Virus record (IMG/VR): IMGVR_UViG_3300016665_000507
Coordinates: 1-38,002 of that record
Reading direction: 5' to 3' (one strand)
DNA length: 38,002 nt
Source: a virus
Lineage: Duplodnaviria > Caudoviricetes
The notes beneath the pieces are model-generated. The model was not told where the DNA came from, did not search any database, and saw only the letters and a program-made list of their open reading frames with translations. Positions 33,935 to 38,002 of this stretch are shown one piece after another. Each line of letters begins with the position of its first letter. Within the stretch, counting starts at the first letter, position 1. The position numbers and the translations under genes were made by a program.

Positions 33935-35968
33935 TCAGGCTCCAGTCATCATGTCACGAACAGTCTTGATGGCGTCGAGGTCACTTTTGTCGGAGTTCAA
34001 TTGGACATTCGACAACACTTCTTCCGTTTTAGCGCGTTTGAGCTGAGAATCCGCCATGACGTTGACGACATCGGCACGGGCCTTCTCCGCGAGCGCGACC
34101 GCCTTCTGCGCCTCAGCTTCCAGGTAGATCGTGTTCGGATCCGGCCTCTTGTTCTGAGCCGCCGCCATCAGAGCTTCCGCCTCTTGTTCGGTCGGCTTTA
34201 CGACACCGATTTCGACCAACTTCCTGCGGAAATATTCGCGAGCCTCTTTTAGTCCTTCGCCTTCCATGTTCATGATCGCCATGGCCTGCAAAACCGATTG
34301 GGTCTGCGGGTCTTGGGTGATCGCCATCATGCCTGTTAGACCTCGGACGATGGCGGCTCGTTGGCTCGTGAACGAAGGGCCGACAGAAGATACGACGTCC
34401 AGTCGAGCGCGACTCAAATCATTTTCGGAAACGATTTCACCGGTCGCGGGGTCGATAGCCGGCTTCATCAATTCGACTGATGACAACTCGCCTTGATCAC
34501 CCAAACCCTTCATCTTACGCCCAGACTCGACGTAAATGTCTTGAGCCATGCTCAGCCAGATTTCACCTTCCCGTTGCGACGCTTTCGAAAAATTCGAAAT
34601 GTACAAGAACGACTGCATGTCGAGCCGTTGTTGTACCATCTCGACGGCTCGACCGCTGACATTACTGACGATGCGGTCACCCTGCTCTTGGTTACCCAGC
34701 ATGTCTTTCAAATCTTGCTCGGTGACCTGCAAAAGCCCTGCAAGAGCGGGTGGGATTTGAGCTGACTTGGTGTACGCGACCGGTCCGCCCGCCTGCATGT
34801 TACCATCTGGTCCCATGACAGGATTGACGAGCAGGTAAGGGTAGTTTTCCAAGTTATCCTTGGACCACATGACTTGGTGGCCGGCGATCTGTTCCGGCGT
34901 GAAGATCGGCTTTTCGACACTCGAAAGAGCCGCAATTTCACCGAGCTTGCTGCGTTGCATGTTACCCAAACGTTGGGCATCTTTTGCCATGCGGACATGG
35001 CCCATGCAGCGTTCGACATTATCGATGAACCATCGCTTGCCGTAGACCGGAATCACCGGAATACAAGAACCGGCTATATAGCCAACGTCGTCGAGAATTC
35101 GGCTGGCCGACATGATATAGAGACGAACGCGCTTCCGCTTGATTGTACGGCGTCGAGTCTCTCGTGCGCCGATCGCTTCGAGCTTTTCTACGTCGTCGTC
35201 AGACAATTCTGATTGTTTGTATTTTTGTTCAGTCCCATCGACCATCTCGAAAGTGATTACCGTATCCGTGACCATCTCAACACGGTAGTATCGAGCCACG
35301 TACACGACATCTGGCGTGCACCAGTCGAACTCATATTGATAGATTTCCTTCGGCCACGTGGCCGGGTCATCGTTGTATTTTTCCTTGTACGCGTCGCGGG
35401 TCATGCTCGTCAATACGAAGCACCGCGTCGCGTCAGCTTTGTCTTGCCTCTTGGCTTCTAGATCGAAGAACACCGACGAGTCGGCGTCGTAAATAGGTTC
35501 GATTCGGATGCGCTGGTATTCGTTCTCGGGATCTTCTTCATCTTCATAGACCGGTCGAAGTTCCCAGGCACCGAACCCACCGCCGACCGCCTCTTCGAAT
35601 GCGTTGTCGTACGCTTCTTGAGCGCTGCTGTCTTGCTGGTCGGCTCGGTACAGCCTATTGCATGTGTCGGCCAACGAGTCGTCTTCCGTACCGTCCTTGC
35701 TGATGAAATTGACGGCGATGCGGTTGTTACGATATTCGTTGAAGATACGTTGTACCGACAACGCGATCTTGTTGACCTCGAATCGCGGCTTGTTCGCGAA
35801 TTGATCGCCCAATGGGCCTTCCCATTGGGCGCCAGCGATCGAATAGAATCTACGATCTTGTAGACATTGTAGCCGCTCGTCTTTCATAGCGGACTGGATG
35901 TTGTCGAACTCTCGCAGCGCTTCTTGTACGATGCGACTGTGGCGTTCCGTCTGAGAAATGCGTGGCAT
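33935..35968 (-). CDS. Portal protein (P22 gp1-like)
   Basis: 677 aa; DRRFY..GAQW; GGGFGAW; IPVIPVYG; KDAQRL.N; VGPSFTSQR. Confidence 0.92.
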   Translation of the reverse strand: MPRISQTERHSRIVQEALREFDNIQSAMKDERLQCLQDRRFYSIAGAQWEGPLGDQFANKPRFEVNKIALSVQRIFNEYRNNRIAVNFISKDGTEDDSLADTCNRLYRADQQDSSAQEAYDNAFEEAVGGGFGAWELRPVYEDEEDPENEYQRIRIEPIYDADSSVFFDLEAKRQDKADATRCFVLTSMTRDAYKEKYNDDPATWPKEIYQYEFDWCTPDVVYVARYYRVEMVTDTVITFEMVDGTEQKYKQSELSDDDVEKLEAIGARETRRRTIKRKRVRLYIMSASRILDDVGYIAGSCIPVIPVYGKRWFIDNVERCMGHVRMAKDAQRLGNMQRSKLGEIAALSSVEKPIFTPEQIAGHQVMWSKDNLENYPYLLVNPVMGPDGNMQAGGPVAYTKSAQIPPALAGLLQVTEQDLKDMLGNQEQGDRIVSNVSGRAVEMVQQRLDMQSFLYISNFSKASQREGEIWLSMAQDIYVESGRKMKGLGDQGELSSVELMKPAIDPATGEIVSENDLSRARLDVVSSVGPSFTSQRAAIVRGLTGMMAITQDPQTQSVLQAMAIMNMEGEGLKEAREYFRRKLVEIGVVKPTEQEAEALMAAAQNKRPDPNTIYLEAEAQKAVALAEKARADVVNVMADSQLKRAKTEEVLSNVQLNSDKSDLDAIKTVRDMMTGA

Positions 35969-35977
35969 GGTGTGTCC

Positions 35978-37321
35978 TTATCGCCAATGATTAACAGTAG
36001 GCAACACGATTATTGAACTACTTTGTCCCGGCTTCAATGGCGATACGATCGCCGGGAATAGTTCGGTGATACCCCAAATCAGTGCGTCGGCACGGTTTGG
36101 TGAACGGTCGCCAGTATATCCGTTTGTCGTGAACCCCGACAATTCCTCTTCGAGTTCACGCAAATACCCAACATGCCGCACCTTACCTTGTTCATAGAGT
36201 GCCGACACGGGCTCTGCTCGTACGACTTTTCCACGAGTGGCTGTGACTTGTTTGTATGCGACTCGGGCATGGCGTGCGTTGGCAGCTGCTCTGACGACGT
36301 ACGACACCATCGCGCCGCCGTAATTACCTTCACCGACGCATATATCTGCTTCGTGACGGATGTATGCGTCGACAACGACCCGCCCCCAGGTCGCTGGACC
36401 GGCTTTTACTGTCAGATCTTCGAGTACGTATGCGTTACCGTCTGTCCCGAGCCCGACTACCATTATACCGATCGCGTCCGATTCGCTTCCCGCGTCGTCA
36501 CCTGATCCGGAGGGATCGACTGCAACTACGACCCGCACCAGATCAGGTATGTCGCCGTTCAACACCCGCCACGTTTCAATTAGTTGGTCGTTGAACAATG
36601 CGTTCGGTGTGCCGTCAGTAAACTCACCTCGCAAGAATCGCTTTTGTAGGCGCGGACTAAGGCTCCGCAAAGTATCGATGTATGTGCTGCTCAGGTTCTC
36701 GAGGTTATCCTCAGGGTTGATCTGAAACGACACATATTTATCGGGGTCCGGAAGTGGTTTTTTTGTTTCCGGGTCGACTTTTTGAATGAACATTCGATAT
36801 GTCCAATGGATCTTATCCGTCGGGTTCATATCGTAAAATGCTCGTGGTGTCAAATATTCGTTCGGTGCGATCTCCGCCTTTTGTGCCAGTCGGGTGATCG
36901 CGATCGCTTGTGAGTTGAACGGAATCTGACTACATTCGTTGAAATAGATCGTCGCGTACTCTTGCCCTAGAATTTTTTCCGTGCGCTCTTTGTCGTCAAG
37001 ACCGCCAAACCACAATTCTGACTCGTTCGGTAAAGTGACGAACCAGTCGGTTTTGTTCAGCGTATACTCGACGCCTGGGAAACACAACTCCATCACTTTC
37101 GGAAATGTATCCAGGATGATGGATGCTTTGATATGATTGAAACGATACCGCAGAATCGCATGGCGTGAACGCCGCGCCTTCATGGCTCTGAGTATGGTGT
37201 TCCGTACGTGAAGAAACGTCTTGCCACTTCGACTACCGCCGAACAACATGCCGTGCGTGGCTGCACCCGCCAAGATGGCGTGCGCTTCTTCTTGTCGACC
37301 CGTGAGTTTGAATTCCGCCAT
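35978..37321 (-). CDS. terL: Terminase large subunit
   Basis: LTGRQ adenine-binding motif, GGSRSGKT Walker A, IYFNE Walker B, VAVDPS nuclease, SPNRADAL. Confidence 0.92.
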   Translation of the reverse strand: MAEFKLTGRQEEAHAILAGAATHGMLFGGSRSGKTFLHVRNTILRAMKARRSRHAILRYRFNHIKASIILDTFPKVMELCFPGVEYTLNKTDWFVTLPNESELWFGGLDDKERTEKILGQEYATIYFNECSQIPFNSQAIAITRLAQKAEIAPNEYLTPRAFYDMNPTDKIHWTYRMFIQKVDPETKKPLPDPDKYVSFQINPEDNLENLSSTYIDTLRSLSPRLQKRFLRGEFTDGTPNALFNDQLIETWRVLNGDIPDLVRVVVAVDPSGSGDDAGSESDAIGIMVVGLGTDGNAYVLEDLTVKAGPATWGRVVVDAYIRHEADICVGEGNYGGAMVSYVVRAAANARHARVAYKQVTATRGKVVRAEPVSALYEQGKVRHVGYLRELEEELSGFTTNGYTGDRSPNRADALIWGITELFPAIVSPLKPGQSSSIIVLPTVNHWR

Positions 37322-37797
37322 CAGATACTGACGTCGTATTTGCTGACCATATTCACCTGGACCAACGTTTGTCCGGTGTTTTGTGGCTTCTGTTGATACA
37401 GGCCCGTGGCTTCGCCCCGCGTACGTTCTGCCTGCAACGCCACCTTCAACTGACCTTGAAGCTTCGCCATATCTCGTATGGTCGCCAATTCCATCAGGTG
37501 CGTGCCGAGACTGAATAACGTTGTATCTTCGACAGCCGTCGATAACTCACGGATACGAGATTGGATATTTGGTCGTGCAAGAAGTTCCTTACCTTTGCTG
37601 CCGGGATATCGTGCCTCCTCGCCGAACGCCATACGATAAGCGGCGGCCACGTTGCCGGAACACTCGACCATCGCCAGACAAAAAGAATCTTCGTCGACAG
37701 ACAATGGAACTAGGGGCAGTTCATCGTGTTCAGCAACCGCCAAAATCGTCGACGGCGTGACTGGCTGATCTACTAATTCGACGATACTTTCACTCAT
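37321..37797 (-). CDS. terS: Terminase small subunit
   Basis: FC..NVAAAYRMAF HTH-like N-terminus; LLARPNIQSRIREL; TGATG-coupled to terL. Confidence 0.85.
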   Translation of the reverse strand: MSESIVELVDQPVTPSTILAVAEHDELPLVPLSVDEDSFCLAMVECSGNVAAAYRMAFGEEARYPGSKGKELLARPNIQSRIRELSTAVEDTTLFSLGTHLMELATIRDMAKLQGQLKVALQAERTRGEATGLYQQKPQNTGQTLVQVNMVSKYDVSI

Positions 37798-37814
37798 TCT
37801 CAGAGTATACCACA
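37798..37814 (-). promoter_or_regulatory. Extended -10 promoter predicted to give a leaderless terS transcript
   Basis: TGTGGTATACT, 6 nt, ATG; no SD and no -35 consensus. Confidence 0.55.
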
Positions 37815-37985
37815 GAAAACCAGTACCATGGAATGTGTACCACGGATCGAGTATGACAAGGCATATTCTAGATATTTTCTAGTTCGGAAGAAATCTACGT
37901 CAACGTCGGCGCCGGCTGGTCGGTTCGCGGGTGGATCTCCGGGGGGTATACCTTCACTTCGACCAGCGCTCGCCGGCCGTGAAGC

Positions 37986-38002
37986 GAAGCCCGCGAAGCG
38001 AA
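37986..38002. repeat. 17-bp terminal direct repeat (identical to 1-17)
   Basis: GAAGCCCGCGAAGCGAA. Confidence 0.8.

Noticed and set aside
36930-36955. Inactive terminase because Walker B reads FNE instead of DE
   Set aside because: NE/EE Walker B variants occur in other terminase large subunits, and all other motifs and the reading frame are intact.
1-38002. Prophage or temperate lifestyle as in P22
   Set aside because: No integrase, repressor/cro pair, att-flanking host genes or partition genes are recognisable.

Overview
The window appears to be an essentially complete ~38 kb lytic podophage genome: the first and last 17 bp are identical, and I recognise no integrase, repressor or RNA polymerase. 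The + strand arm (~1-16.6 kb) carries early accessory genes and a replication module (SNF2 helicase, SSB-like protein, family A polymerase, PD-(D/E)XK nuclease, AEP primase-helicase). It also carries a complete 2-aminoadenine (Z-base) cluster, dpoZ-orf-purZ-mazZ-datZ, which predicts A-to-Z substituted virion DNA. The - strand arm (16.6-37.8 kb) is a P22-like virion module (terS, terL, portal, scaffold, coat, gp4, gp10, needle, three ejection proteins, tailspike) plus a holin/SAR-endolysin/Rz-Rz1 lysis cassette. The least explained part is the first ~3.8 kb. There a repeated ~110 bp hairpin + sigma70 promoter + CCCCTTAG leader cassette drives two pairs of paralogous unknown genes, and these flank a ~450 bp non-coding, helically phased CCACTCC array containing 252 bp with no AA/TT step. 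Several promoters have their -10 box inside an inverted repeat, which may be an adaptation to hard-to-melt Z-DNA (inference). All family assignments come from motif recognition by eye; no searches were run.
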